A stretch of 64,000 nucleotides of DNA from Candidatus Nealsonbacteria bacterium. GTDB taxonomy: Bacteria > Patescibacteriota > Minisyncoccia > Minisyncoccales > JANBVM01. The DNA is taken from assembly GCA_047456295.1 (NCBI GenBank), contig CP179887.1, forward strand, positions 623,159 through 687,158, written 5' to 3'. Positions 10,990 to 20,569 of the stretch are shown piece by piece; the first letter of the stretch is position 1, and every line of letters starts with the position of its first letter. The notes under the pieces are model-generated. The model did no database searches and was not told the origin of the DNA. It saw nothing but the letters and a program-made list of their open reading frames with translations. The position numbers were made by a program, and so were the translations under genes.

Positions 10990-12052
10990 GAATCTTATAA
11001 TAAGCCTTTTCATAAGCTTTTGTCATTGTTTCAACCGTAAAGTTCTCTTTGATTAATCTTCGACAATCTTCCCTTTTTATTTTGTCGATTTTTTTTATTG
11101 CCTTTGCCATTTCTTCAATGTTCTTTACAATGAATCCTGTTTTTCCGTGTTTTATTATTTCTTTGGCTGAGCCTCTGTCAAAAGCAATGATTGGTGTTCC
11201 GCAGGCCATAGCCTCAATAAAGACCAAACCAAAGGGTTCTTCCCATTGGTGGGGATAGAGCAATGCTTTTGCCTGACCATAAAAGTCTCCCATTTTTAAA
11301 TAATCTATCATTCCTACATATTGTATATCTTTATTCAAATAAGGTTTAATGTTTTTATTGAAGAATTGGTTTCTTGGACCTCCGGCAATCTTTAACCTTA
11401 CCTTTGCTTTTTTTGCTGCTTTTATTGCTAAATCAATCCCTTTTTCTGAAACAAACCTTCCAGCAGCCACAAGATATTCCTTTGGTTTTTTGTTAAATTT
11501 GTAATCTTTAATATCCAATCCATTATATACTGTGCCTCCATAATTTAATTTCAATAAAGGCTTTCTCTGACTGTTTGAGATAGAGACCAGGAAGATTTGA
11601 GGTATTTTTTTGGTAAGGGATAAGATATGTTTTGTGAGTCCTTTTATAGGGTCATGGATGGTAATTACAGTTGGGGTGTTTGCAAGAGAAGCAAAAGGAA
11701 TGCACCTTCTATAGGGATGGATATGGATGATATCAAATTTTTCTTTTTGATTCATCTCATAAATCTTTGAAATCATTAGCTGTTCGTAAAAATTTACCAC
11801 GGTTTCATTTTGAGAGGGTAAAAAAGGTGAAAGTTTTTTATTGTATTTTATGGCTGGCATTCCAAAAGATACCAACCTTGCATGTTTTAATTTTGATTCT
11901 TTGGAACCAAAGTAAAAAACCTTGTGTCCTTTTTTGGCTAATCCTTCAGCTGTATAATAAGCTATCCATAAGGGAGCATAGAAGATATTCTGGGGTGGGG
12001 GCGTAGGCCACTCGTTTGTGCAGAAGATAGCAATTTTTAATTTTTTCTTCAT
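10970..12052 (-). CDS. GT4-family glycosyltransferase (paralog 1 of 4)
   Basis: C-terminal EPFGLVFIEAMACGTPIIA and GKTGF motif of retaining GT-B (GT4) enzymes. 4-nt overlap with the upstream kinase gene. Confidence 0.85.
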   Translation of the reverse strand: MKKKLKIAIFCTNEWPTPPPQNIFYAPLWIAYYTAEGLAKKGHKVFYFGSKESKLKHARLVSFGMPAIKYNKKLSPFLPSQNETVVNFYEQLMISKIYEMNQKEKFDIIHIHPYRRCIPFASLANTPTVITIHDPIKGLTKHILSLTKKIPQIFLVSISNSQRKPLLKLNYGGTVYNGLDIKDYKFNKKPKEYLVAAGRFVSEKGIDLAIKAAKKAKVRLKIAGGPRNQFFNKNIKPYLNKDIQYVGMIDYLKMGDFYGQAKALLYPHQWEEPFGLVFIEAMACGTPIIAFDRGSAKEIIKHGKTGFIVKNIEEMAKAIKKIDKIKREDCRRLIKENFTVETMTKAYEKAYYKILSQKGN

Positions 12053-13026
12053 ATCTTGATTAATTTTTTAAAATTTAAGCAATTCTTTAAAAGGTTGAGA
12101 TAAAAAACTCTTCTTTTTTTTAAAACTTCTATTTTTTCTTTCCCTTTTCTATATTCAATGCCTCCCAGAGAGAGATAAGAGGCAACCACAGGGAAAAGCT
12201 TTTTAAAACTTGAAAGCCTTTGATAATTCAAGCTGTTCAGGAAAGACTGAATTAATCTTTGCCTGAAGGTTTTTTTTGCTTCCCATAGATGAGCCCACAA
12301 ATAACCAATGTCATAAGCAAAATTATTCAAGTGAATCAGTTCCCAATCAATGATCCAGATGTTTTTTTGGTCTGATAAGATATTGCCCAGATTCAGGTCT
12401 CCGTGGCAGAAATATCTGTTTTCCTTTTCAAGCAAAGGGAGATTTTCCTTTATCATTTTTAGAATTTTTTCTGAAAGTTCCCTTGAGATTATTTTCCTTC
12501 TGGCAAAATCCTCATACGTGCTGGTACTGAGATAACTTTGACAATTAAAGCTTTTTAATTTTAGAAAGGTTTCAGGATGAATCTGGGAGATTTCCAATAT
12601 GGCCCTTGTAATCTTTTCAATCATTCCCGGGAAAGGTTGTTGGGTGAGGTTTCGACTGTGACCCAAGGGAGGGGGTTTGGGATACTCCCTTATCAACCAT
12701 TCAAAATCCTCTTCAATTCCGTAATTTAAGATATTGGGTATTATCTTTTTGATTTCTAGGTTAACTGTTTTTAATCTCTTGAAGAAATTGATTTCCCTGA
12801 TGAACTTTTCTTTTGCGTCTGGATTGTTGTGGAGTCTGACATAAAAAGCCACTGTTTTTTTATTTCTTGTTAAACAGGGGCTGAAATAGCGGTGTTTTCC
12901 GTCTTTATGTATGTTGATAAATCTTTGAAAGGATACCTCAGGTTTTAAATCCAGCTCTTTTATCTTTTTTTTAATTTTTTCATTAATGTTTGGAATAAGG
13001 ATTTTTTCCTTTTTGCCATCATCCAT
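12049..13026 (-). CDS. aminoglycoside/choline-kinase-like phosphotransferase (APH fold)
   Basis: Catalytic-loop HGDLNLGNIL and IIDWELI motif (HxDxxxxN ... D), embedded between glycosyltransferase genes with overlapping stop/start. Confidence 0.7.
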   Translation of the reverse strand: MDDGKKEKILIPNINEKIKKKIKELDLKPEVSFQRFINIHKDGKHRYFSPCLTRNKKTVAFYVRLHNNPDAKEKFIREINFFKRLKTVNLEIKKIIPNILNYGIEEDFEWLIREYPKPPPLGHSRNLTQQPFPGMIEKITRAILEISQIHPETFLKLKSFNCQSYLSTSTYEDFARRKIISRELSEKILKMIKENLPLLEKENRYFCHGDLNLGNILSDQKNIWIIDWELIHLNNFAYDIGYLWAHLWEAKKTFRQRLIQSFLNSLNYQRLSSFKKLFPVVASYLSLGGIEYRKGKEKIEVLKKRRVFYLNLLKNCLNFKKLIKI

Positions 13027-14071
13027 GTTTTTTTATAAGTTTGTAATATAGTTTCTCATAATTCTTAACCATTACTTTTTGGGTGAATTTTTCTTCCACC
13101 CATTTTCTGCAGTCTTGTCTTTTGATTTGGTCAATCTTTTTTACTGCTTTTACAGCTTCCTTGATGTTTTTTACAACAAAACCTGTTTTTTTATCTTTTA
13201 CCACCTCTGGTACAGAACCCATTTTAAAGGCAATAACAGGGGTGCCGCAGGCCTGGGCTTCTGCCATATTGAGTCCAAAAGGTTCATGCCATAATATGGG
13301 ATAAATAAGGGCTTTAGCTGAACCAAAGAAATCAGATTTCTGTTCCCTTGAATATTCTCCGATATACTTAATCTGTTTGCCCAAATGAGGCTTAATCTTT
13401 TTTTTGAAATAGTTTTTCTGACCAGGATCTAATCTCCCTGCCAAGACCAGTTTTATCCTTGCTTTTTTGGCTATTTTTATTGCATTTTCTATTCCTTTGT
13501 ATTTATCAATCCTGGCGCACCATATGAAATGTTCTTTTGGTTTGGGATTAAATTTAAACTCTTTAATCCTTATTCCATTATAGATAACATCAACAAAGTT
13601 TAATTTTACTCTGGAGAGTTTTTTTTGGGCTTTGGATATGGCAACGTAATTGTTATTTTTGAAATGCTTAAAGATAAAAAGACGGGAGTTTTTTTTATGA
13701 CTAGAGTATAGGGGATTGTGGATTGTGTGCAAGGTAGGAGTTTTCACTAACTGGGGGAAATACAATTCCCACAAATCTATATGGGTGTGAATAATGTCAA
13801 AGCTTGAAGCTCTTTTAAATGCCTCACTTAAGTTTAGAATGTTATATGTTTTGTCTTGCCAGGAGATTCCTTGTTTTATTAAAGAACGGGGATGGGCAGG
13901 AACCAGTTTACAGGGAACCTTTGAGTCACCTGAGGCAAAAAGAGTGACATGGTGTCCCAGTTTCTTGAGCCCCTCACATAAACTGTAAACAATCCATTCA
14001 GTGCCCCCGTATTTTTCAGGGGGAATGGGAAACCAGAGGGGAGCTATTTGGGCTATCTTTAGTTTTTTCAT
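13019..14071 (-). CDS. GT4-family glycosyltransferase (paralog 2)
   Basis: N-terminal KLKIAQIAPLWFPIPPEKYGGTE. C-terminal EPFGLNMAEAQACGTPVIAF ... KKTGF. Confidence 0.85.
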   Translation of the reverse strand: MKKLKIAQIAPLWFPIPPEKYGGTEWIVYSLCEGLKKLGHHVTLFASGDSKVPCKLVPAHPRSLIKQGISWQDKTYNILNLSEAFKRASSFDIIHTHIDLWELYFPQLVKTPTLHTIHNPLYSSHKKNSRLFIFKHFKNNNYVAISKAQKKLSRVKLNFVDVIYNGIRIKEFKFNPKPKEHFIWCARIDKYKGIENAIKIAKKARIKLVLAGRLDPGQKNYFKKKIKPHLGKQIKYIGEYSREQKSDFFGSAKALIYPILWHEPFGLNMAEAQACGTPVIAFKMGSVPEVVKDKKTGFVVKNIKEAVKAVKKIDQIKRQDCRKWVEEKFTQKVMVKNYEKLYYKLIKKHG

Positions 14072-15138
14072 AATTCTTTATTTATTATCTTATAATAAAC
14101 CTTTTCGTAATTATTTACCATTTTTTCCAGGGTCCAATTTTCTTTTACCCATTTCCTGCAGTCTTGTCTTTTTATTTTATCAATATTTTTTATGGCTTCT
14201 TGCAGTCCCTTTATATTTTTCCTTTTGTTTTTATCAAGAAAAGGTATTACAAAACCGGTTTTTCCGTTTTTTACCAGTTCTTTTGTTGAGCCTTTATTGA
14301 AGGTGATAACAGGGGTGCCGCAGGCCTGGGCTTCTGCCATACACAAACCAAAGGGTTCCTGCCACTCAATAGGATAGATAAAGGCTTGGGCTCTGCCGTA
14401 AAATGAAGATAACTGTTTTTGACTCAGTTCTCCTATGTATTTAATCTTCTTTCCCAGATAAGGTTTAATTTTCTTTTCAAAATATTCTTCATATTTTGGC
14501 TGCAGCTGTCCTGCCAATAAAATAGTGATTCCTGATTTTCTTGCCACTTTTACAGCATTTTCTATTCCTTTGTCTTTACAGACTCTGCCAATCCAGATAA
14601 AGTGCTTGCCTGGTTTTTTATTTAATTTAAATTGGGAAATGTTTATTCCATTATAAACCATCCATTGTCTTTTAAACCTGATGGGTGAATTTTTCATCTG
14701 GTTCTTGGAGATGAAAACCACATTTGAATCTTTTTTATAATGAGCAAGGATTGACCACCGATGATCATCTTTTTTAGGAAGATTGTGAAAGGTATGTAAG
14801 ACAGGGGTTTTAATAAATCTTTGGAAATACATTCCCAGGGGCGTCCAGTGAGAATGAATGATGTCAAAGTCTTTTGCTCTTTCAAAAGCAAATGAATAAT
14901 TAAGATTGTTCCACCACCAGTCATTCCAGGGAATCTTTTGAGAAATTAATCCTTTCTTGGTAATAGAAATTAATTTTGATTTGGTTTTTGAATCACCCGG
15001 GGCAAAGAGGGTCACCTTGTGTCCTTTTTTAATCAGTCCCTCTGTTAGATAAGAGATGATTCTTTCAGTGCCCCCGTATTTTTCAGGGGGAATGGGAAAC
15101 CAGAGGGGAGCTATTTGGGCTATTTTTAGTTTTCTCAT
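14068..15138 (-). CDS. GT4-family glycosyltransferase (paralog 3)
   Basis: Same N-terminus KLKIAQIAPLWFPIPPEKYGGTE (58 nt identical at DNA level to paralog 2). EPFGLCMAEAQACGTPVITF ... GKTGF. Confidence 0.85.
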   Translation of the reverse strand: MRKLKIAQIAPLWFPIPPEKYGGTERIISYLTEGLIKKGHKVTLFAPGDSKTKSKLISITKKGLISQKIPWNDWWWNNLNYSFAFERAKDFDIIHSHWTPLGMYFQRFIKTPVLHTFHNLPKKDDHRWSILAHYKKDSNVVFISKNQMKNSPIRFKRQWMVYNGINISQFKLNKKPGKHFIWIGRVCKDKGIENAVKVARKSGITILLAGQLQPKYEEYFEKKIKPYLGKKIKYIGELSQKQLSSFYGRAQAFIYPIEWQEPFGLCMAEAQACGTPVITFNKGSTKELVKNGKTGFVIPFLDKNKRKNIKGLQEAIKNIDKIKRQDCRKWVKENWTLEKMVNNYEKVYYKIINKEL

Positions 15139-15141
15139 AAT

Positions 15142-16173
15142 TTAAGGAGTGTTTTTTGACTTCAACATCTTTTTATAAAGTTTTTCATATCTGTTGACCA
15201 TTCTTTTCAGATTGAAATTCTTCTTGATGTGTTCCCGGCAATCAGCCCTGGAGATTGTTTTAATTTTTTTTAGGGCCTGGCAGGCTTGTTCTACAGAACT
15301 TACCAGAAATCCTGTTTTTCCGTCTTCAATTAATTCTGGCATAGCCCCTTCTTTATAGGCAATGACCGGTGTTCCGCAGGCCATAGCTTCTATGACCACC
15401 AGGCCAAAGGGTTCAGGTCTTTTTACAGGAAACATAAAGACCTTTGCATTTTTTATTAATTCAATCTTTTTTTTGAAATCTGAAGCACCGGCAAATTGAA
15501 TCTTCTTGCCATTGATTAAGGGTTTAATCCTGAAGTTAAAATAATCTGCATAGTTGGGTAAGATGTTTCCAGATATGATGAGGTTCTCTCCGCTTAATTT
15601 GGCAATATCAATGGCTTCAGCTATTCCTTTTTCAGGTGCAATCTTGGAAAGCCATAAGATATAATTTTGGGGCGTTGGATTGAACTGATACCTTTCAATA
15701 GGCAGACCGTGATAGATTGTCTTTACAATGTTTATTCCAGGCCCTGATCTTCTTTGATTCTTGGAAATGGAAACAAAGTTAATGTTGGGAAATTTTTTAT
15801 AAAGAATGGTTGTTTCTTCTGTCAGGGGATGGTGTAAGGTGGTTACTATTTTGGGCTTCAGGAATCTTGTGTAGGGAGTGGTGTAGAATTCGCAGTGGTC
15901 ATGGATAATGTCAAAATTATCCTGGAGAGAAATTAATTTTTCATAAAGCAAAGAATAAACAGCATGAGGGGTTTTTAGTTTTGCTCTCCATAAAGACCTG
16001 GGCCAGACCGGGATTAAATGGGCTGAGGTCTTGGAATCTTCGGTGGCAAAGAGGGTGACCTCGTGTCCTCGTCTCACCAATTCATTACAAAGCCACGAGA
16101 CAATAAGTTCGGTCCCGCCATAGGTATAAGGTGGTACAGGAATCCAAAGTGGCGCTACTTGAGCAATACGCAT
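15142..16173 (-). CDS. GT4-family glycosyltransferase (paralog 4)
   Basis: MRIAQVAPLWIPVPPYTYGGTE ... EPFGLVVIEAMACGTPVIAY ... GKTGF. Confidence 0.85.
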   Translation of the reverse strand: MRIAQVAPLWIPVPPYTYGGTELIVSWLCNELVRRGHEVTLFATEDSKTSAHLIPVWPRSLWRAKLKTPHAVYSLLYEKLISLQDNFDIIHDHCEFYTTPYTRFLKPKIVTTLHHPLTEETTILYKKFPNINFVSISKNQRRSGPGINIVKTIYHGLPIERYQFNPTPQNYILWLSKIAPEKGIAEAIDIAKLSGENLIISGNILPNYADYFNFRIKPLINGKKIQFAGASDFKKKIELIKNAKVFMFPVKRPEPFGLVVIEAMACGTPVIAYKEGAMPELIEDGKTGFLVSSVEQACQALKKIKTISRADCREHIKKNFNLKRMVNRYEKLYKKMLKSKNTP

Positions 16174-16238
16174 ATTTCTGATATAAATTATATCAGAAAT
16201 ACTTAATTTGTTTAATCGTTGGTGTTTTCTTCTTTTTT

Positions 16239-17966
16239 ATGTTCTCTTCTCCTATTGAGGAAATAAAATCAAAGCTGGATATAGTTGAGGTTATTGGCAG
16301 CTATATTAAATTAAAAAAAGCAGGGGCAAATTACAAAGCACTGTGTCCTTTTCATTCTGAAAAAACACCCTCTCTTTTTGTGTCTCCGGCCAGACAGATA
16401 TGGCATTGCTTCGGCTGCAATGAAGGTCATAGTATTTTTGATTTTGTAATGAAGATAGAGGGCTTGGAATTTGGTGATACCCTGCGTATTTTAGCCCAGA
16501 AAGCTGGTGTGGAATTAAAAAAGGTGAGGCCGGAATCAAGAACCAAGAGACAGAGACTATATGAGATTTGTGGATTGGCAAGTAAATTTTTTGAGAGGCA
16601 ACTGGGAAACAGTTCCCGAGGGAAAAAAGCAAAAGAATATCTTTTAAAAAGAGGAATAAATGAAGAATCAATCAAGATATGGAGGCTGGGTTGGTCCCCG
16701 GACATCTGGCAGGGATTATCTGATTTTTTGGTTCCCAATGGATATCAAAGGGAAGAGATTGAAAAAACAGGTCTGGTAATAAAAAATGAAGAGGGTAGAT
16801 ATTACGATAGGTTCAGGGGAAGGATTACTTTTCCTGTCTTAGATTTCAATTCCCAGGTAATTGGTTTTGGAGGAAGGGTGCTTAAAAAAGGCAGTCAGAC
16901 TGCCAAATACATCAATATATCCAATACCCTTTTGTACGATAAAGGTAAGATTTTATATGGGTTGGACAAGGCAAAGGTAGAAATAAGAAGAAAGGATTTT
17001 TGTATTTTGGTGGAAGGTTATATTGATGTGATTATGGCTCATCAGTCAGGAATATTAAACATCGTTGCTACTTCAGGCACTGCTTTAACTCCTTATCAGC
17101 TGTCTATTCTCAAAAGATATTCCAATAATCTGTTTTTAGCCTTTGATATGGATTTTGCAGGAGATGTAGCCACCAAGAGGGGAATAGATTTGGCTCAATC
17201 CAGAGGTTTTAATTTAAAGGTGGTCAAATTTCCTGAAGGCAAAGATCCAGCTGACGTTATTTCAGCAGATCCAGAGGAGTTTAAAAAATTGGTTGATAAT
17301 TCTTTGTCAATCTTAGATTTTTATTTTCAAAATGCATTTTCCCGGTTTGATGGAAAAACCCCGGATGGCAAGAGAGACATTTCGAATATTCTCCTGCCTG
17401 TGATAAAAAGAATTCCAAATAGAATTGAACAGTCTTTCTGGGTTCAAGAACTGGCAAAGAGACTCAATGTAAAAGAAAAAGACATTGAAGAGGAATTGAA
17501 AAAAACAAAAGAGAGCAAGGATTCAGATGTTGAAATATCGGTTATGGAGTCTCAAAATCCGGTTCTTCAAAAAACAAGAAAAGAACTGTTGGAAGAAAGG
17601 TTAATGGGTTTAATTGTAAGAAAGCCTGAACACTTCAATCTCATTGACAGGGAAGTTGTTTCTTGTTTTTCACCCAAAGTCCAAGCCATTATTAAAAATT
17701 TTGAGGACAGAAAAAATCTTTCCCCTGAAGCAAATAATTTCCTTGCTTATCTTAGCCTGAAAGCAGATGTTGAAGAGATAGAGCAAGAAGATATTGTGTC
17801 TGAAATAAAATTCTGCTTAAAGGAAATTAAATCCCTCAGGGTTAAAGATAAGTTAGAGGAGATTTCTCTTGAGATTAAGAGGGCTGAGGAAGAGAAAGAT
17901 TCTGAAAAAATTGGAAAGCTAATCAATAAGTTTAACCAATGGTCAAAAAAGATAATCAGTGGTTAA
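16239..17966 (+). CDS. dnaG: DNA primase DnaG
   Basis: Zinc-binding [31 protein letters not shown] block [13 protein letters not shown] ... FDMDFAGD. Confidence 0.93.
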   Translation: MFSSPIEEIKSKLDIVEVIGSYIKLKKAGANYKALCPFHSEKTPSLFVSPARQIWHCFGCNEGHSIFDFVMKIEGLEFGDTLRILAQKAGVELKKVRPESRTKRQRLYEICGLASKFFERQLGNSSRGKKAKEYLLKRGINEESIKIWRLGWSPDIWQGLSDFLVPNGYQREEIEKTGLVIKNEEGRYYDRFRGRITFPVLDFNSQVIGFGGRVLKKGSQTAKYINISNTLLYDKGKILYGLDKAKVEIRRKDFCILVEGYIDVIMAHQSGILNIVATSGTALTPYQLSILKRYSNNLFLAFDMDFAGDVATKRGIDLAQSRGFNLKVVKFPEGKDPADVISADPEEFKKLVDNSLSILDFYFQNAFSRFDGKTPDGKRDISNILLPVIKRIPNRIEQSFWVQELAKRLNVKEKDIEEELKKTKESKDSDVEISVMESQNPVLQKTRKELLEERLMGLIVRKPEHFNLIDREVVSCFSPKVQAIIKNFEDRKNLSPEANNFLAYLSLKADVEEIEQEDIVSEIKFCLKEIKSLRVKDKLEEISLEIKRAEEEKDSEKIGKLINKFNQWSKKIISG

Positions 17967-19221
17967 ACCAGGTTTTATGGAAATAAAAAAAACAAAATCA
18001 AAAAAGGGAAAACAAAGAAAGAAAAAAAGCAAAGCAGGACCAAAAAGAAAAAGATTGAAGGTTAAAAAAATCAAAGAGAAAAAGAAAGTAAAGAAGAGAA
18101 AAGAGACTGCAGTAAAGAAAAAAACAAAGAAAAGAAGGAAAAAAAGAAAAATTCTTAAACCTCGTTCTAGAAAGTTTTTCCCTCAAGATAAGATTGAGAA
18201 CTTGATTAAAAAAGGTCAAGAAAGAGATTTTGTTACCATGTCTGAAATTCTCTATTCTTTTCCTAAAGCTGAAAAAGACATTAAGGGCTTGGAACAACTT
18301 TATGAAAGATTGGAAGAAAAAGGAATTGAGGTAAAAGAGGTAAAAGAGTTTTTAATAATAAAAAAGAAAGGAAAAGCAAAGGTTGCAAGAAGAAAGATTG
18401 ACCCCGTGCAAATGTATTTAAAAGAGATTGGAAAGGTTGCCTTTTTAACTGCTGATGGAGAAAAGGAGCTGGCAAAAAGGATTGAAAAAGGGGATGAGGA
18501 GGCAAAAAAGAAGTTAGCCAGAGCCAATTTGAGATTGGTGGTTTCAATTGCTAAGAGATACATTGGCAGGTCTCCTAATTTAACCATTCTTGATTTGATT
18601 CAGGAAGGAAACCTGGGTCTGTTCCGGGCTGTTGTGAAGTTTGATTGGAGGAGAGGATATAAGTTTTCAACCTATGCTACCTGGTGGATAAGGCAGGCAA
18701 TCAGTCGGGCTTTGGCTGACCAGTCAAGAACCATCAGGATACCGGTTCATATGGTGGAGACCCTTTCAAAGTATAACAAGGCAAAGAAAAGGCTTTTAAA
18801 GAACTTAGGCAGAGATCCTTTACCTGAAGAGATTGCAGCTGAGATGGGGATTGAAGTACATAAGGTCTATCATTTAAGGAAGATTTCCCAGCAGACAGTA
18901 TCCTTGTATACACCGGTAGGTGATGCCGATGATAATTCAGTTTTGAGTGAATTTATTAAAGACGAAAAAACAATTCCTCCATCCTTGGAGGCAGCCAGGG
19001 TTTTGCTTAGAGAAAGACTAGAAGAGATCTTGGTTGATTTAACCCCTAGAGAACAAAAGATTCTGTCAATGAGATTTGGTTTGGAAGATGAAATTACTCA
19101 TACCTTAGAAGAGGTGGGTCAGGTGTTTGGGGTAACCCGGGAAAGGATTCGTCAGATTGAAGCAAAAGCCCTTGAAAAAATCCGTCAGCACCGAAAATTG
19201 AAAAAGTTAAAAGGATATTAA
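17959..19221 (+). CDS. rpoD: primary sigma-70 factor RpoD with a poly-Lys/Arg N-terminal extension
   Basis: Region 2 [29 protein letters not shown]. Region 4.2 [24 protein letters not shown]. First ~75 aa are almost only K/R. Overlaps dnaG by 8 nt. Confidence 0.93.
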   Translation: MVKPGFMEIKKTKSKKGKQRKKKSKAGPKRKRLKVKKIKEKKKVKKRKETAVKKKTKKRRKKRKILKPRSRKFFPQDKIENLIKKGQERDFVTMSEILYSFPKAEKDIKGLEQLYERLEEKGIEVKEVKEFLIIKKKGKAKVARRKIDPVQMYLKEIGKVAFLTADGEKELAKRIEKGDEEAKKKLARANLRLVVSIAKRYIGRSPNLTILDLIQEGNLGLFRAVVKFDWRRGYKFSTYATWWIRQAISRALADQSRTIRIPVHMVETLSKYNKAKKRLLKNLGRDPLPEEIAAEMGIEVHKVYHLRKISQQTVSLYTPVGDADDNSVLSEFIKDEKTIPPSLEAARVLLRERLEEILVDLTPREQKILSMRFGLEDEITHTLEEVGQVFGVTRERIRQIEAKALEKIRQHRKLKKLKGY

Positions 19222-19351
19222 GCCCTTCACAAATCAGAGGCTTTAGATTGGAAAATAGAGCTTTATAGATTATCATAAACTGATGCAGTGCGATAGTGGA
19301 GTGGGGGTTATATAACTTGACATTCGGGGTTCGGAATGGGAAAATTAAGTA

Positions 19352-20017
19352 ATGGGTTACGCGGGAAAACTAAAATTAAAACTAAAAGCAAAAGAATTGC
19401 GAAAGAAAGGATTATCAGTCAAAACGATTCAAAAAAGGTTAGGCGTTTCGAGATCTTCTGTGAGTTTATGGGTTCGCGACATTCAATTAACTAGGAAACA
19501 GCTAGAAAGATTATATCTGAACAAGAAAACAGGTGCCTTGAGAGGAAGCATCATTGCAGCAATGAATGCAACAAAGAGACGTAGAGAGCTAACTCGTAAA
19601 CTTATAGCGCAAGGCAAGAAAGAGATAGGAAATATTTCAAAACGCGATAGGTTTATAGCTGGAATAGCTTTATATTTGGGAGAGGGAAGTAAAACAGACG
19701 GGGATGTCTCTTTTTCTAACTCTAATCCAGAAGCCATGAAGTTTATGGTAAGCTGGTTCCGAGCATTCTGTAAGGCTCCTGAAAAAAGATTAAGAGGAAG
19801 TTTATATATTCATAGCAATCTAGACGAAAAAAAATCAAAAAGATTTTGGTCAGAGATAACAGAAATTCCCCTTAGTCAATTTACTAAAAGCTATATTGTA
19901 AAAAATAATCCACACAGATTACGGAAAACAAAACACATTTATGGAGTTTTTAGAGTTAAAATAAGCGATGTAAATTTACACCGTAAAATAATGGGCTGGA
20001 TTAAAGGAGTAATTTGA
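19352..20017 (+). CDS. free-standing LAGLIDADG-like homing endonuclease with N-terminal HTH
   Basis: N-terminal HTH-like LSVKTIQKRLGVSRSSVSLWV. FIAGIALYLGEGSKTDGDVSFSNSNPEAMKFMVSWF resembles a single LAGLIDADG motif plus following strand. Ends 33 nt upstream of the intron-containing tRNA. Confidence 0.55.
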   Translation: MGYAGKLKLKLKAKELRKKGLSVKTIQKRLGVSRSSVSLWVRDIQLTRKQLERLYLNKKTGALRGSIIAAMNATKRRRELTRKLIAQGKKEIGNISKRDRFIAGIALYLGEGSKTDGDVSFSNSNPEAMKFMVSWFRAFCKAPEKRLRGSLYIHSNLDEKKSKRFWSEITEIPLSQFTKSYIVKNNPHRLRKTKHIYGVFRVKISDVNLHRKIMGWIKGVI

Positions 20018-20050
20018 GCTATAATTTTAATTGAGTTTTTCATTTTGAAT

Positions 20051-20384
20051 TCCGGCGTGGCGCAATGGTAGCGCGGGTGCCTGTGAAATATCGCAGCTTC
20101 CTCGAGAAATCGAGGTTGAAAAACGGGGTGAATTGCGGGAAGCCTAATGGTTATTTGTTTGGCCTATGGTAATCCGCAGCCAAGCCTTCTTAAGAATTTT
20201 TAGAAGGAAGGTTCAGAGACTATCCCGGAAGGGAGTACTAGTCCAGAATATTTTATTTCTGGATGGGGAAGCGCCCCGCTCCGTAAGGTATTTATTATCA
20301 CGGAGATGAGATAGTCCACCCTTAGTGGAAACATTAAGATAAGGTGTAAGCACTAGGTTGTAGGTTCGAGTCCTACCGCCGGAG
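20051..20384 (+). tRNA. tRNA-Asn(GUU) interrupted in the anticodon by a group I intron
   Basis: 5' exon TCCGGCG-TG-GCGC-AATGGTA-GCGC-G-GGTGC-CTGT (20051-20084). 3' exon TAA-GCACT-AGGTT-GTAGG-TTCGAGT-CCTAC-CGCCGGA-G (20347-20384). Spliced loop CUGUUAA. U1-A72 and discriminator G73 as in bacterial tRNA-Asn. Alternative splice register would give Thr(UGU). Confidence 0.8.
20085..20346 (+). ncRNA. group I intron (tRNA-type, IC3-like), no internal ORF
   Basis: Core blocks resembling known bacterial tRNA introns: AAGCCTAATGG, CCGCAGCCAAGCC, GTTCAGAGACTATC (20211-20224; compare GUAGAGACUA of the Azoarcus intron). Possible P1 CUGU/GCAG with a U.G wobble at the 5' splice site. Intron ends in G (20346). 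Confidence 0.75.
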
Positions 20385-20423
20385 CCCAGCAGCGAATCGT
20401 TCGAGAGACCGGTCCGTATTAAA

Positions 20424-20450
20424 AACCCGACTAAACGGGTTTTTATTTTT
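20424..20450 (+). terminator. terminator after tRNA-Asn
   Basis: ACCCG-actaaa-CGGGT followed by TTTTTATTTTTT. Confidence 0.7.
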
Positions 20451-20569
20451 TAAAATTAACGTTAAAATAAAGCATAATAAAGCAAAAATATTTCTTGAAA
20501 TTATAAGAGAAATAGCATATTATAATAAAGGTTTAATAATTATATTCAATTAGTTAAGATTATTAATAT

